Shown: positions 39,806-52,981 of the stretch, piece after piece | Position numbering within the stretch: position 1 is the stretch's first letter | How the letters are laid out: the number at the start of each line of letters is the position of its first letter | Translations under genes and position numbers: made by a program | Notes under the pieces: generated by a model | What the model was told of the DNA's origin: nothing | Seen by the model: the letters and a program-made list of their open reading frames with translations, nothing else | The model's database searches: none | Assembly: GCA_013239625.1 (NCBI GenBank) | Contig: MU053482.1 | Location: 4,601,775-4,665,774, forward strand | DNA length: 64,000 nucleotides | From: Lama guanicoe | Taxonomy: Eukaryota | Reading direction: 5' to 3'

Positions 39806-41269
39806 GTATGTACTTGAAAAGAAAAAGGCCCCTTGAAACATCCTCAGTTTTTTTTTATCAGTTTATTTACATTTTTAGTTAAGAAAATCAGCTAAAAGTT
39901 AGATACTTTGTTCTAAGACTACCTGTAACTTCCTGAATTACAAGATTATTCTGTGTCACCTTTGCTTTCCTTTTTGATGCTGTTGTGAATGGTGTTCTTA
40001 GACCTGTGCATTAGACCTATGACAATAATGATGTCAGAACTCTGGTGAGATAATTTTTTTTTAAAAAAGAAAGAAAAGAATTAAGAATGTTTTTAAAGGA
40101 AGGGATTATAACAGTACTAAGTAAAAAGAAAGAGAGAGAGAGAGAAATAGTTTAAAAATTAACTAATGTAGCAAAAAAAAAAAAGCCAGACACTTTGCAA
40201 AATTTTATATTCAGTGCCCAGAAAAATTTTTATTTTTGCATCCCCTTCCTTTCTTCCATCACCTAATGTAAATAGTGCCCTTCCTACACCCCCTAAAAAG
40301 TCTGTGACTAACTGGGAATGTCAGAGAAAGGAAAGGGTCTTTTTTTCCCCCCAAGTTTCTTTGAAAGAAGCTCTAGACAAGAGATGAACTAGAAATTCCA
40401 AATTATATTATCTCAGAAAGATGAGAGATCTCTCAGTTTGGGCATTTGGGACAAGCAACAAGAAAAACTTACCAACATGGTGTGAGATTTAAAATAAAAG
40501 AATTCATAAAATACCAGACTAGAACCAGCCAGAGAGTTAGCAGGGCAACCAGGTTGAAGATACAAAATCTTCAAGTACAGAAGGGAAATAGCTGAAAACC
40601 TAAATACTTTGCATTAGTCTTTAACAAGGCAAATATTAATATTACCCCTTAATATTTTTATATTTTGGTTTTCACTTTTTTTGTTCTCACTTGAAGCTTC
40701 TCTGAAATTAATTAAGCAAACATTGATATCCTCATTTGATCAATAAGAAAACTGAAACTCATAAAGAATGAATGACTTGCCCCAAAATACATACATAGCT
40801 AGTAAGTTGTGTAACCATTCCTACAAATTGAGGCTTCTGATTGAGTGCACTTGCCTCCATTACTTCTGGAAGAGGGTCCCACTCTTCATCTGTCCATTTA
40901 TCCACCCACACAATTATTATTTCCTGACTCCATACTATTTGCCAGGCCTATGTGTTTGTTAGATGTAGAGATAAGACTGAGTACAGCCTTATGCTGCATC
41001 CCATGGGGAGAAGGTGCATATACAGCCACTGTAAGAGTTAAATGCTGTGATGCTTGTAGTCTCAAGATTGGGTCTTTTAAAAAGAAGTGGTAGAAATTAT
41101 AAAATCAGTTGTAAAAATACATAGATCTGTGTTTTTAATTAATTAGGTCCAAATAACAATGTAATTATTTGACATCCATACCTACATCTTGCAGAAACTG
41201 AAGTGGGAAAATGTGAATTTCAGGTGGGCTAAAATGGAGATAGAGAAACTCTATTATAGTAATGCTTTA

Positions 41270-41490
41270 AATTGCTATGGAGTTTTTTCTTATAACTCAT
41301 TAACTTACGTTATCTCATTTTAGTTCTCAACAGTTGTGTAAAATTGATATTGTTAGACATTTTTCACTGATGAAGAAACAGGCTCAAACAGGTTAAATAA
41401 TTTTCCTGAGGTCACACAGTTAATAGGTCACACTGCTGGGATCAGATTCAGGAATTCTGATTGTAAGCTTAGTACTCATTCTTCACCCTG
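41270..41490 (-). mobile_element. MIR
   Basis: gatgaagaaacaggctcaaacaggttaaataattttcctgaggtcacacag. Confidence 0.65.
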
Positions 41491-44414
41491 CTATAGCCGC
41501 TACCACTGTTAACTTACTTTCCTCACATGAGAGTAATGGAAAGATAGCTAGTAGCTACTGTGCTTCCTTACCGTACTTAACCCTTCAAAGACATTGGCAT
41601 TGGAGAAATTAAAGATAGATTCTCTTTAGGAAAAGGTTAGAAATTTATTTTAAGGGATTTGTTTAAAATGATGTGCTGAAAACTTGACTACATGATAGTC
41701 TCAATCTTAAGAAGGGTTCAGTGGAAATACTTAGAATTATAGTCTGAAGGGTCTCATCTCCATCTTAGAATGGCCAATGAAATCTTTACAAAGGAAATTG
41801 CTGACTATTTTAACCTTTTTGGAAATTCATCATGGGCTACTTTACTAGCATTCCATTGAAGTAGTAAACATGTGATGCAGAGGAATCATTTACTACAATT
41901 TATTGGGCTTTTGAAAGACATAGAGAAGGTTTATTTGAAAATAAAAGGTGAAAACTCTGAAAATACCTTTTCATGTTTAAAAAACTGGCTTAGGGGTAGG
42001 GGGTGGGGATGATAGCCAGCAGCCAACAGTTTCAGGAGTCTCTACTAAAACTGCTTCATCACAGTTCCACAGGAATCTGAGATAGGTGCCTGGGAAACAT
42101 GGACAATAAGTAATAATATAGGTTCTTCATAGTGATGAAGTGGCAAAGTATCATAGGTAAACAAAGACTTTGATATCTGAAGAGTGGTATAATCTGGACA
42201 GTGCAGGCAACTCATTTAGATAGTAACCAAACAACACTTTAAATGGTGGCCTTTAAGCAATTCATTATATTCCAGGAATTGTTTCAGGGAGTTAATTATA
42301 GACCTTTCTCTGAAAATGCTGTCCCAGTGTGACCTTGTTGTAGTCTGAAGGCACTGGGATATAAAGAGGAAGGCCACAGTAATAAAAATGGTACTGTATT
42401 TGTACTTTCTTTGTACAATTTTGGTTACCACCTCTTTCAAGAAATACATAAAAGAAAGGAAAGAAAAAAGAAAAGCCTTTGAGGCTATTTTGAGGTTGCA
42501 CCGTGAAGAGACTACACTCTTCAGTTTGAAGCAGTAGATAGGAAAAATTCTATGATGGTATTCTCTAAAACTACAAAATAATTACAGCTCATCAATTCAG
42601 CTAACACTTTGCCAGTACTCTGCTAAGCATTTTACATATATTGACCCAAAAACATACTGAGGTATAAATACTGTTATCGTCATTTTAGAATAGATATAAT
42701 TGAAGTACAGAGATGTTAAGAAGTCAAAGTCACAAATCTAACATGTGAGGAGGTACCAGGGCTTCATTCAGGCCAGGCCACCTGACTCCAGAACCACTGG
42801 GTCCTAATCACCACATTGGATTATATCAGTAACCAGTAAACATTTATGTTTTCCTATGATACATCACTACTAGAAGTTATGAGAGAAACTAAAATGGCAG
42901 TGATTGCTTATATTTGACAGTACTTTAGAATTTACTGCATATGTCATAACAGTAATTAATGAGACTGGTGTAATGATCCCATGAGAAAACGGGGGCTCAG
43001 AGAGGTTGGATGACTGACTGACTGACAGCCATTTATCAGACTCAAGTGGCAAAACTGAAATCCAGACATAGGCTTCTCATTTCTAACCAAGTAATTTCCT
43101 CATTACACCATTCTTTCAAGAAATTTAATACCTCACTGGATTGCATAAATAGAGGCTTGTTTACCAAGAGCTAGATTGTTAACATTTAGAGGTATTCATT
43201 AAAGCTTAGAAATGAACGTTTTAAACAAAAGAAATGCCTTAAATGGTATATACGGTAAATAAAGTCTATCACCATTTATGTTTTCTGCTAATGCATACTT
43301 GTCACATTTTCTATAGTGAACCTGTATTTTATAACCAGAAAAACAGTAAATGGGCCTTATTTGAAAAATCAGTTTAGAAAAATTGATCCACCTAAGAGTT
43401 GAGATAACCTGAGAATGTAAGCTAGGAGTGTTTTAGGGTTTCATCCTGGACCTTTGATATAAATTTCACAGAAAACCAGTCTGCCCTCAAGAGAGCCTTA
43501 GAGCTGCATATAGACCGCGGGCCTGAGGCAGCATGGCATCTCTTGTATTCTGCACTGCCTTATTACGAGAGAGAGAGAGTGAGGTTTTTGCCCTTTACTA
43601 GAAGATGAAGATTAGAGTAAACAGAAATATTCCAGAATTATCCTCATTAGTGGCTTATAAAATAAAGGACAAAAGATTAAAATAGTAAGCATTAGGGAAA
43701 AATAAAGCTCCTCGAAGAAAGTCTGATTAAAATGCCAAGAGAGCGTAAATTGAAGCCTGGGAGAGGTGGGAGTTTCTGATCCATTTAGATACTATTCCTG
43801 TTACAGTCCAACCACATGATAAAACAGACGTCTTCATATGCTAGTCTTGACATTTTTGTCTAGTAGAAATCCCAGAACTGGATTTACTAACAGTTTTTGA
43901 GGCAGTTACTACATATATTATATGGCACTATTCTAAAAGCATATTTAACGTATTACCTCATTGAATTCAGTGAGATGCCATGAGGCAGGTGCTGTTATCT
44001 CCATTTTTCAAATGAAGAAATGGAGGTACAGGGCTGGTTGCTTGCTCTGTGTCTCATAGCTAGTGAGGAAGAAGAGGCAGGGTTGGAACCTAACCAGAGC
44101 CCACACTGATAGCTGTGTAGAACTAGAAAGGTATGTATTTGAAAAGAATTCCTAGAAGTTTGGTTTTGAATTCAACAGCCAAAATAAATAAGCAGATAAG
44201 CGCTTGAATATCTCAGAACATTTAAAGCTAGCATATATTCAGCATTCATGTTTTTTGTCCGTTCGATATAGTATATTAGCTAAAACTCAAATAACTAACA
44301 AGGGGTACTTTTTTCCAGCTTACAGAATAATAAAAAGTACATGATCTGTTTCAGCTACAGTCCAAGAGGTTTCTTTTACATTTTTGTTTCTGTTCGTTTT
44401 GTTTTTGTGCTTAG

Positions 44415-44590
44415 GGTTGATGGTGCATGTTGATAAAAGAATTACTCTGGCTGCTTTCAAACAACATTTAGAGCCCTTTGTTGGAGTTTTGTCCTCTCAC
44501 TTCAAGGTCTTTCGCGTGTACGCCAGCAATCAAGAGTTTGAGAGCGTCCGGCTGAATGAGACACTTTCGTCATTTTCAGATGACAATAAG
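44415..44590 (+). CDS. USP47: USP47 coding exon
   Basis: gcttag|GG TTG; (W)[58 protein letters not shown]; donor gttgat; 176 nt. Confidence 0.95.
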
Positions 44591-44948
44591 GTTGATTAAA
44601 ATAATTCTGAATAATTAGAATCTGCTTTAAATCATAAATTTGAGAACATCTTGCACTACTTCAAGTAAGGTGAAATAGACACCCTAAAAGGGTAAAATTG
44701 AATTGTGATGGTTAGTGGTTATTAGCTTTTCTGTTATTGTTTTCTCCACTTACCTAGGAAACATCTGTTAAAAGTTGGCTGTGTCAGTTATGTTCTAGGT
44801 GCTGGGGAATCAGAGGTAAAAGATACACCCCTTCTCAAAGAGCCCATAATTCTAGAGAATTTGAGGGAAAAACTAAACAATTGGGGTGAGAATGGGTAGT
44901 TTATTCTGTTGAGACGGGACATCTAAAAAAAGTGTTTTTAATTTATAG

Positions 44949-45029
44949 ATTACCATTAGACTGGGAAGAGCGCTTAAAAAAGGAGAATACAGAGTTAAAG
45001 TGTACCAGCTTCTAGTCAATGAACAAGAG
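44949..45029 (+). CDS. USP47: USP47 coding exon
   Basis: ttatag|[33 protein letters not shown]; donor gtaagc; 81 nt. Confidence 0.95.
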
Positions 45030-45133
45030 GTAAGCAGTGTACTCAAGAGAACTGTAAGGTCACTTCGGGTAGTTACTAAAACCATACAGTGCACAGATTT
45101 TATTACTAGTCACTTCTCTTTATCTCTCTAAAG

Positions 45134-45287
45134 CAGGGGTTGGCAGGCTTTTTTAAGGAAATGTTTTAGTTGTGCAAGCCATACTGTCTCTGTTACACCT
45201 ACTCAGTCCTGCCACTGAAAGTCTCATTTACAAAAACAGGCAGGCACCAGATGAATGTGACCCTCAGGCCATTTTGTTATCTCTCTG
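45134..45287 (-). mobile_element. MER58A-like hAT-Charlie MITE (internally deleted)
   Basis: caggggttggcagg...catactgtctctgttacacctactca...tttacaaaaacaggc. Confidence 0.7.
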
Positions 45288-45476
45288 GTCTAAAGTATTG
45301 CTACAAATGCTGGAGTGACAGACTTTTCCTGCTTTTACAAGGGTATTTGTTTGTGCTTGTTTTCTGGAAACGATCATATATGCTATAGAAGGATACGAGT
45401 TGACCTGTAGAGTATATGGTATTTTTTTGTTCACAGAGCCATTTTTAGTATTTAACGAGTATTTATCATGTGTTCC

Positions 45477-45616
45477 TTTTTTTTTTTATCTTTTTTTTGA
45501 GGAGGAAGGTAATTAGGCTTATTTATTTATTTATTTTTAGTGGAGATACTGGGGGTTGAACCCAGGACCTCATACATGGTTGGCACACAATCTACCGCTG
45601 AGCTGTACCCTCCCCC
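45477..45616 (-). mobile_element. tRNA-derived SINE (Vic-1-like)
   Basis: ggtaattagg...(ttta)n...ggagatactgggggttgaacccaggacc...gagctgtaccctccccc. Confidence 0.85.
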
Positions 45617-45639
45617 ATTAGTGTTTCTTTGTGCTCTAA

Positions 45640-45790
45640 GTGCTTACAGATAGTAACTCCTTTAATCCTCATCAGTTAACCCTGTCATATAAGTACTGTT
45701 ATTCCCACTTTATAGATTAAGAAACTGAGGCACAGAGAAGTAACTTGCCCAAGGTCATATAACTTGTAAATGGTAGATTAAGGATCTAAA
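45640..45790 (-). mobile_element. MIR
   Basis: attcccactttatagattaagaaactgaggcacagagaagtaacttgcccaaggtcat. Confidence 0.7.
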
Positions 45791-46199
45791 CAGGCTGTGC
45801 ATTTTGGAGAGTAATAAAATATCTTAGTTCCTGTGATATATAAGGTTGTAGCAAATACCCAGAAGAATAAGGTAAAGACTATTTTTAAGATATTTATAAC
45901 ATCTTATTGAGGACCTAGACACGTGAAAAACAAATAGCAAATGAGGAGATAAAGTTTGCAGTTTTCAGAGAAGGCCTTTATTTGCTTAACCAATATTTTA
46001 TTAGGCTTTAATCATATCTCTTATGTAATCTGTTACACTCATTTTGACTTAAATCCTCTGAGTTTGGAGTTGGTGGACACCATGTCTCTTTTGAGATAAT
46101 TAGTGAATGTATTTGGAGAATTAGTATGCATTTCCTTCACTTTAGTCCATAAGGGTCATTCTTTTTACTTCAAAATTATGATCATTGTATTAAAAGAAG

Positions 46200-46400
46200 A
46201 GAAATAGGAATGTATTATCTCTTTTAACCTTCACAGAATTTCTGTTAGGAAGACACTGTCCCCAGTTTACAGATGAGAAAACTGAGGCACAGAAATGTTA
46301 TAAGTAGACTTGCTCAAGGTAGCAGGGTTAGTAAGTAGTGGAGCCAAGATTTAAACCTAGGGAGATGATAGACTCTTAAACCCAGTCCAGTAATTGTCAC
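46200..46400 (-). mobile_element. MIR
   Basis: tttacagatgagaaaactgaggcacaga...gacttgctcaaggt. Confidence 0.65.
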
Positions 46401-46484
46401 ACTATAGAGTATAAATAAAATATCTTGTTAATCCTTATTTTAATGTGTGATTCAAGCTCTAATTATTTTTGTTTATATTCTTAG

Positions 46485-46600
46485 CCATGCAAGTTCCTGC
46501 TAGATGCTGTGTTTGCTAAAGGAATGACTGTACGGCAATCAAAAGAGGAGTTAATTCCTCAGCTCAGGGAGCAGTGTGGTTTAGAGCTCAGTATTGACAG
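46485..46600 (+). CDS. USP47: USP47 coding exon
   Basis: tcttag|[44 protein letters not shown]; donor gtaaag; 116 nt. Confidence 0.95.
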
Positions 46601-46956
46601 GTAAAGTAAAACTAGTGTCATCAGCACTTCGAAGAAAGACTGTATGGTCAGTTGGTGTGAACTGGTGTAATTTTCTAAAATGAGAAGAATTAAAAATTCC
46701 TGTACTATTCAGAAATAGTACTGTAGATTAATATAATAGAACTAAGCAGAAGTATTAGAATTTGTGCTTCCTCTGCAGGATACCAGATTTGATGTCTTAA
46801 GAGCATTTCATTATATTTTCCCAAAATTTTGATGAATAACCACTTGACTTTTATATTTGAATGTAGTTAATTTTTCCTTGATGCCAGATTAATGTCATTT
46901 TTTTTCAGTGAAGAATTTCAAAGTTAGTAGTTTAAAATGTCTTATCACATTTGTAG

Positions 46957-47075
46957 GTTTCGTCTAAGGAAAAAAACATGGAAGAATCCTGGCACTGTCT
47001 TCTTGGATTATCATATTTATGAAGAAGATATTAATATTTCCAGCAACTGGGAGGTTTTCCTTGAAGTTCTTGATG
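46957..47075 (+). CDS. USP47: USP47 coding exon
   Basis: ttgtag|[46 protein letters not shown]; donor G|gtatta; 119 nt. Confidence 0.95.
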
Positions 47076-47390
47076 GTATTATCTATATTTTTGTGGGAAC
47101 ATATCAGTTAGAAATTCTCAAAATAATAGAAGCCTGTAGTTTTTAATCAAATAATGAGTTTCTTCTTTCTTTCCTCTGGATCCCATTTGCCTTTTAAATA
47201 TTTCTTCTTTTCTATAATTTTGAGAATATGCATTCCTTCTTACAGGGAAGTTGCAATTTCAAAGTTGTGTTTTTAGTACTTCTTACAGAAAGTAAAAGTT
47301 TCTTAGCCATGTTTATTAGTCTCTTTTTCCATTATGACTTACTTTGTTTTGTGCCAAAAGTAATTTTTCAGAGATTTTTATAACAATAAT

Positions 47391-47853
47391 TATATTAGTT
47401 TTCTAGGCTGCCATAAAGTACTATAAACTGAGTGGCTTAAACAACAGAAATTGACTGTCTCACAGTATCAGAGTGCAGAAGTCTGAGATCAGAGTGCTGT
47501 CAGGGCTGGTTCCTTCTGTGGGCTGAGAGAGAGAACCTGCCCCATGCCTCTCTCCTGGCTTCTGGCGGTTTGTTGTCAGGCTCCGGTGTTCGTCGGCTTG
47601 TAGATGCATCCTCCTGATCTCTGCCTTCATCTTCACATGCTGTTCTCCCTGTGGGTTTTCCTATCTGTGTCCCAATTTCCTGTATTATAATATAAGGACA
47701 CTAGTCATGTTGGATTAGTACCCACCTTAATGACTTCATTTTAACTTGAAAACCACTGTAACAACCCTATTTCCAAATAAGGTCACATTCTGAGGTACTA
47801 GGGGTCAGGACTTCAACAGCTCTTTTGCAGGGGGACACCACTCAACCCGTACC
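47391..47853 (-). mobile_element. MaLR solo LTR (MLT1C/D-like)
   Basis: gtggcttaaacaacagaaatt...ccctatttccaaataaggtcacattctgaggtact...ggacttcaaca. Confidence 0.8.
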
Positions 47854-48949
47854 AGTGTAACGTGACTTAGAAGAGCAGTTGTGTTTGTCACACCTCCTGG
47901 TTTTTATCAACAGTGGCGCATTTGATGTAATGTTTTTTGGAGGAGTTAGGGGAGGAAAAGTTGGCTTTGGGGGAGATACCAAGGGAAACAACTGGTTCTA
48001 TATTCTTTTGTGACCTAGTGCTGTTGCTTAGAAAGATTTTTATTTTCCTTTTTCTGTAAAAATTAAAATATCTTAAGTTCTGGATGTTTTTATGTAAGAT
48101 TATGATAGTTTTCAGAGGGCTCGATAATACTAATAGCTCACTTATTTCAGGCTATTTCAGGTCTAATTTGCTTTAAATTTTCAGTGTTTGAAATTCTGAT
48201 TAATTGACATGTTAACTGGGGAGACAAGGAACAAACAGGACACCATCTAGATGATTTGTAGGCAAGTGCTCCGGATTGTAATTCCTTCTCTGATGTCTGC
48301 GGCCTTAGAGAATAATCACTGTGTCTGGGTAGGCCAGTGAGAGATGAAGGAGTCACCCTTATTAGGAAGGATTGAGTATATTAGCAGAGATGGATTAGCC
48401 AGAACATGTCACTGGATGGTCGGTTCCTGCATCAGTATCATTTCAGTATATATTTTAGCATCAAAATACTTGAATAAGAAGTAAGTCATTGGATTAAATC
48501 CAAGAAACATTTATGGACCTGTAACTTGCCAGACATTGCTGATCCCTGGTGCTCCAAAAATGAATAAAGACCAGTGATTGCCCCCCACGTGCACAGTCAG
48601 TGGGAGAACCAGAGGTGCAAACCTGTAATTCCAAAATGATAGGTACTGAGGACCAAATCAGTACGGTTGGCTCCTGTGTACATTAAAGAGAAAGGTGACA
48701 GTTAAGCTGGGTTTTGAATAATCAGTAAATTTGGGAGTAAATGAAAAGAGAAGAATTAATGATAGCTTGAGTGAAATAAAGGAGATAAAGTGAAGATGAT
48801 TTGATTATGATTTTCACACAGGAATCAGAAGGGAGTGATAAGAATAATGCTTAAAGTAGATCTTTTTGTTTAGTCAGGCAGTACAAGAAGAGGCAAATTA
48901 TGAACTTGTGGAGTAAATAGAATGACAGCCTACTCTTGCATATTCTCAG

Positions 48950-49080
48950 GGGTGGAGAAGATGAAATCCATGTCACAACTTGCAGTTTTGTCCAGACGGT
49001 GGAGGCCTTCACAGATGAAACTGGATCCCTTCCAGGAGATTGTGTTGGAAAGCAGTAGTGTTGATGAGTTGCGAGAGAAG
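48950..49080 (+). CDS. USP47: USP47 coding exon
   Basis: tctcag|[48 protein letters not shown]; donor gtaagt; 131 nt. Confidence 0.95.
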
Positions 49081-49379
49081 GTAAGTTCATTTTAAACAAA
49101 ATGAACTAACACAAGTTTTTCGCTATGTTGCGTAAGAGATACTCTAGGCAGTGAGTGCCAAACACTGATGCAGCAACCTCTCTCTCTTTGTCTCTGTCAT
49201 ACCTTGTGCCGCACTATTGTTTCTGCTGCTGATGCTTTGAAAAATGACATTGGCTTCTGGCCATCCAGAAGTGGATCCTCACTTTCTGTTAACTTGCATC
49301 AACTTTGTCCTAAGTAGTTAGGATTAGTTACACTTACTAGAGTAAATTGCTGTATGTATTTTAAAAAACAAATGAGGTA

Positions 49380-51610
49380 GAATTGAGTAGGGAATCCAGA
49401 TGAAGATCTCTTTTGCATTTTAAATGTGGGAATTCTGAAGATCTCTGGGGAAGGGGTGAATTATTTATAAGTGGTACTAGGACAATTGGCATTTTGGCAA
49501 AAAAAATCTATTTGCATATTTCACACCAAACACAAAAATAAATTCTAAATGTATTAAATTTATATCTAAAAATACAATAAAATGATAAATGTTTTAGGCT
49601 TTTAGAAATATTGAAAATATTTTTATAATCCCAGAGAGGGAAGGATATTTATAAGTATAATACCAAAAGCCAAAAAAAAAAAAAAGATAGACAACATAAA
49701 AGTTTAAACTAGTGCATAGCCAGAAGAAAAAGATTTTTTAAGCAACCCATGAATCAAACTAAAAAAAGAAGGAAAAATTATTTGAAAATATGTGAAACAT
49801 GATGTCCATAATTTAAAAGGAGCTACAAATTAATAAGCTAGACAGTCTAATTTTTTTTCTTTTTTGTGTGTGTTTTTTTTTACATTTTTTATTGATTCAT
49901 AATCATTTTACAGTGTTGTGTCAAATTCCAGTGTTCAGCACAATTTTTCAGTCATTCATGGACATATACACACTCATTGTCACATTTTTTCTCTGTGATT
50001 TATCATAACCTTTTGTGTATATTTCCCTGTGCTATACAGTGTAATCTTGTTTATCTATTCTACAATTTTGAAATCCCAGTCTATCCCTTCCCACCCTCTA
50101 CCCCCCACCCCGGTAACCACAAGTCTGTATTCTCTGTCCATGAGTCTATTTCTGTCCTGTATTTATGCTTTGTTTTTGTTTGTTTTTGTTTTTTAGATTC
50201 CACATATGAGCGATCTCATATGGTATTTTTCTTTCTCTTTCTGGCTTACTTCACTTAGAATGACATTCTCTAGGAGCATCCATGTTGCTGCAAATGGCAT
50301 TATGTTGTCGGTTTTTATGGCTGAGTAGTATTCCATTGTATAAATATACCACATCTTCTTTATCCAGTCACCTGTTGATGGACATTTAGGTTGTTTCCAT
50401 GTTTTGGCTATTGTAAATAGTGCTGCTATGAACATTGGGGTGCAGGTGTCATCCTGAAGTAGATTTCCTTCTGGGTACAAGCCCAGGAGTGGGATTCCTG
50501 GGTCATATGGTAAGTCTATTCCTAGTCTTTTGAGGAATCTCCACACTGTTTTCCATAGTGGCTGCACCAAACTGCATTCCCACCAGCAGTGTAGGAGGGT
50601 TCCCCTTTCTCCACAGCCTCTCCAGCATTTGTCATTTTTGGATTTTTGAATGACGGCCATTCTGACTGGTGTGAGGTGATACCTCATTGTAGTTTTGATT
50701 TGCATTTCTCTGATAATTAGTGATATTGAACATTTTTTCATGTGCTTTTTGATCATTTGTATGTCTTCCTTGGAGAGTTGCTTGTTTAGGTCTTCTGCCC
50801 ATTTTTGGATTGGGTTGTTTATTTTTTCCTTATTGAGTCGTATGAGCTGCTTATATATTTTGGAGATCAAGCCTTTGTCGGTTTCACTTGCAAAAATTTT
50901 CTCCCATTCCGTAGGTTTTCTTCTTGTTTTATTTCTGGTTTCCTTTGCTCTGCAGAAGCTTGTAAGTTTCATTAGGTCCCATTTGTTTATTCTTGCTTTT
51001 ATTTCTTCTAGGAGAAAATTTTTGAAATGTATGTCAGATAATGTTTTGCCTATGTTTTCCTCTAGGAGGTTTATTGTATCTTGTCTTATGTTTAAGTCTT
51101 TAATCCATTTTGAGTTGATTTTTGTATATGGTGTAAGGGTGTGTTCTAGCTTCATTGTTTTACATGCTGCTGTCTAGATAGTCTAATTTTAAAATAAGTA
51201 AAGAACATGAATAGGCCGTTAATAGAAGAAGAAATACAAGTTAAAACAATAGCATTTTTAAACTCTTAAATTGGTAAAAATTTAGAAAATCAGAAAATAC
51301 CTAGAGTCATCAAGGTTTGGATAGAGCAGGCAATATCATGCACCTTTGATAAGTGGTTAAATTGACATAATATTTTCAGGGGTAGTTTGACTTTGTTTAT
51401 CAGCATTTCAGATGTGCAGCTCCACACCTAAGAATTCAGTAGTTTTGAATATATGATTTCAATTCATATAGTTTATATATGCATAGGGAAAAGGTCTGGA
51501 AGGAATATACTAAATTGTTATCTCTGAGACATAGCATTTGCAGGTGGACAGAAGAGAGTGTTCCCTTCCTGCTTTTTAAAAACATTTTATATCAAACATA
51601 TTATTTCTTT
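49380..51610 (+). mobile_element. Old degenerate L1 (ORF2 3' region) hosting the young L1
   Basis: Degenerate L1-like text (cacaccaaacacaaaaataaattctaaatgtattaaa; aaagaacatgaataggc) continues across the young insertion. Confidence 0.6.
49855..51173 (-). mobile_element. Young 5'-truncated LINE-1 (ORF2 C-terminus, 3' UTR, poly(A))
   Basis: Open 320-aa ORF 50193..51155 with L1 ORF2 motifs ([42 protein letters not shown]); T-rich tail at the left end; TSD ctaga(c/t)agtctaatttt at 49838-49854 and 51174-51190. Confidence 0.95.
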
Positions 51611-51713
51611 GAAAAAATAAAGCTGTTTTTGTGTTTATATGGCAAAAGGAAAATAACTTGTCTAAGCACATTTTTTTTTTTAATGAACTCATGTAGATTG
51701 TTTCCTTTTACAG

Positions 51714-51761
51714 CTTTGTGAAATCAGTGGAATTCCTTTGGAAGATATTGAATTTGCCAAG
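51714..51761 (+). CDS. USP47: USP47 coding exon (48 nt)
   Basis: ttacag|CTT TGT; LCEISGIPLEDIEFAK; donor gtaagg. Confidence 0.94.
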
Positions 51762-51850
51762 GTAAGGCCCTGAGAACGTCTGCGTCTGGGTGCTAGGCTC
51801 AGTAAACACGGCTAATGGTATGATTTATTCATTCATTCATTTCTCCTTAG

Positions 51851-51981
51851 GGTAGAGGAACTTTTCCCTGCGATATTTCTGTCCTTGATATTCATCAGGA
51901 TTTGGACTGGAATCCTAAAGTTTCTACCCTGAATGTCTGGCCCCTTTATATCTGTGATGATGGTGCAGTCATATTTTATAG
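51851..51981 (+). CDS. USP47: USP47 coding exon
   Basis: ccttag|[49 protein letters not shown]; preceded by an 89-nt intron; donor gtaaca. Confidence 0.95.
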
Positions 51982-52087
51982 GTAACATTCACAGTGTTTT
52001 GGTTCTTCCTAGTGATGTAGCATTTTTGTTGTACATATATTTCTTTTTTTTCATAAATAGCTTTATTATTGTTATGATATACAGCAG

Positions 52088-52392
52088 CCCAGATGTGTAG
52101 TAGAAATATAGTGAGAGCCACATGTTACATTTTGAAATTTCTAGGAGCCACATTTTAAAAAATAAAAAGGTGAAGGTAATTTTAATAAAATATCTCTAAC
52201 CCAGTACATCTAAAATATCATTACAACATGTAATCAATATAAAAATCATTGTTAAGATATTTTACATTCTTTTTCTTGTAAGTTAGAAATATTGTGTGTA
52301 TATTACAGTTGCAGCCCATCTCAATTTGGATCAGACATATCTCAGGCATTCAGTAGGCAAGTGTGCCTAGTGGCTACCGTACTGGACATTAT
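52088..52392. mobile_element. MER33-like hAT-Charlie element
   Basis: agaaatatagtgagagccacatg...aacatgtaatcaatataaaaa...gtggctaccgtactggaca. Confidence 0.7.
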
Positions 52393-52806
52393 AGATACAG
52401 AGGAAAAAGGATAGTCATTGGAGCCTGGCAAATATGGGTTCAGATTTAGCTTTGTTATTTACCTAGGTCCTCATCTGTAAAATGACAATGATGTCAACTT
52501 CGCAGGATTTTATGAGAGTTAGGCTATTGCATTTTTAAAAAACTGGCATAGTGCCTGCTAAAAATAGATGTTCATTAATGATAGCCATTATTATACTAAT
52601 AGTAACATGGAAATTATTCTGTGCCATTTTTAGAAGTGTGTACTATGTTAATAGAACAAGCACATTAGAAATAGATGAGGTTATTTAACTTCAGTGGTGA
52701 CAATTAGATTTCATTTTCTCACTGAGGAGCATTACGGCATTTAAGCATAAATTAAAGGAGGCAGATGACTAGACTGGTCTAATATGTATTAATATTTTAA
52801 ATGTAG

Positions 52807-52981
52807 GGATAAAACAGAAGAATTAATGGAGTTGACAGATGAGCAAAGAAATGAACTGATGAAAAAAGAAAGCAGTCGACTCCAGAAGACGGGTCATCGT
52901 GTAACATACTCACCTCGGAAAGAGAAAGCACTAAAAATATATCTGGATGGAGCACCAAATAAAGATCTGACTCAAGACTGA
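52807..52981 (+). CDS. USP47: USP47 terminal coding exon (CDS part)
   Basis: atgtag|[67 protein letters not shown] at 52979-52981. Confidence 0.96.

Noticed and set aside
39029..39817. Alternative-frame and antisense ORFs over the large USP47 exon
   Set aside because: Short by-products of the real coding frame.
40422..40435. 14-bp perfect palindrome TGAGAGATCTCTCA
   Set aside because: Expected by chance in 64 kb; no supporting context.
50695..51177. 160-aa hydrophobic ORF
   Set aside because: Antisense shadow of L1 ORF2.
52958..52963. AATAAA inside the terminal coding exon
   Set aside because: Explained by the codons for Asn-Lys; better-placed signals lie downstream.
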